A stretch of 60,930 nucleotides of DNA, filler included, from Asterionella formosa (taxonomy: Eukaryota), in the NCBI GenBank assembly GCA_002256025.1. It is 4 parts of 4 records of this genome, joined end to end, with 100 filler letters (N's around TTAATTAATTAA, not from the genome) between each part and the next. Parts side by side here need not be neighbours in the genome. Positions count along the whole stretch, not along the records: positions 45,787 to 60,930 come from NKIB01005579.1; 3 more parts are not named here. One strand, written 5' to 3'. The notes under the pieces were generated by a model, which saw nothing but the letters and a program-made list of their open reading frames with translations, was not told the origin of the DNA and did not search any database. Below, in pieces: positions 59,851-60,930 of this stretch. Numbering within the stretch: the stretch's first letter is position 1; the number at the start of each line of letters is the position of its first letter. A program made the position numbers and the translations under genes.

Positions 59851-60879
59851 TTATACTGGAGGTGGCAACGCTAACTCCTGCCCAAAGAAATGTAAAGCGC
59901 CAACGGCACCAAAGAAAAACACATAATTTTTCATCGCCATCAAGTAGACCCCAGCTGTTTGTAGCTGACTCACACCCTTGGTGTAAATCTGCATGAACCT
60001 CGAGTCTACCTTTTTTTCTGTGGTCTTTTTGTTTAGGAACCCACCCTTCACAACAGTGCCTGCACCAACAGATGGTGGTGCCGGAGCTCTTGCCTGAGCT
60101 AGTGACGTCGCCAATTGACGAATGTCATTCATGGCATTCTTTCGTTTGTTCGAAGCCTTGCTTAACAATACATTTAACTCTTCCACTTGATCTTTGGCCG
60201 ATGGCTTGTACGTGACTCGAAATGTAATGGTACACACTGCTGGTTCCAAGACTTTTGGCCTATCATCAACATCATCATTGTCTGCATTATTAGTAATGAT
60301 AGCCACCGGCAATTCTTGCACATACTTGTCCTTGATATGCATGGGATCAAACATACACAAAGGAGCAACGTCCAATGAGCCTGATGTACCTAGTGGAATA
60401 TCAGAATCTGTTGCAACGACAGATAAAATGGCTTGCGCTGTTTCGACCCCCTTGAACGAAGCGACAGCACCTTCCGCAGTAGTGTCTAGAGGATCATACA
60501 GCTTGGTAAGAATAATCTCTTCAATGGGAGAGCTAAGTTGCAACGTAACGATGGGTTTAGCACCATCAGGGAGGCCTTCAATCTGAAAAGGAATGCAAAA
60601 CCCCAAAAAGTTAGCTACATATTATTATTGTTTGACAGTTCAAGCATTCTTTAACAATGCTTGTTGCGCTCTCAAAAACATCGTTTCATTTAGATTGTCA
60701 TGACGATATCAACGTCTGCGCTTTAAGACTTTCCTTACCTTCAAAATGACAATTTCCATCAAGTTCTCCTCATCTTGAGCGGACCTTAGATCTGTCAGCT
60801 TTGCTTTGATGGGCTTAATTTCATTTTCTTCGATATCAATGATTGTTCGCTTCGCGGCTTCTAGGTCTGCAGCAGACAT
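59851..60879 (-). CDS. Uncharacterised tail-anchored protein with a C2-like beta domain and coiled coils; intron 60583-60738
   Basis: Exon 1 MSAADLEAAK...EIVILK splices (GTAAGG...TTCAG) to IEGLPDGAKP. Hydrophobic C-terminal YVFFFGAVGALHFFG. Confidence 0.78.
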
Positions 60880-60930
60880 GATGGCGTTTTATGTAGTACG
60901 ATGAGAGTGTAAAAGATGATGGGTTATGTA

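Overview
Eukaryotic nuclear DNA, almost certainly a pennate diatom. Evidence: short GT-AG introns (mostly 71-112 nt), bipartite ASAFAP-type plastid presequences, a Phaeodactylum-like delta-5 desaturase, CoDi-like copia elements and diatom-specific protein families. The window is four contigs joined by artificial 100-nt N spacers containing TTAATTAATTAA (15202-15301, 30445-30544, 45687-45786), plus one plain N gap (37374-37733), so adjacency across spacers is not reliable. About 22 host genes are supported: ABC1/ADCK kinase, SAM-methyltransferase-like, DUF1499, TPR, TOM1-like membrane protein, ankyrin-like, PEX6, SNRNP40, signal-peptide sHSP, ClpS-like, SET, delta-5 desaturase, DUF6665-like, FMC1, SLC12 cotransporter, G-patch, a diatom-specific protein, HLIP-like, A20 zinc finger, patatin-like, SGNH-like and a tail-anchored protein. 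They are interspersed with decayed transposons (Harbinger, copia, hAT, putative Crypton-like and others). The most distinctive unexplained signal is a self-complementary heptamer array, (GGTACCW)n, that recurs in upstream or divergent-promoter intergenic DNA of many genes. All family assignments are by motif recognition; no database searches were run.
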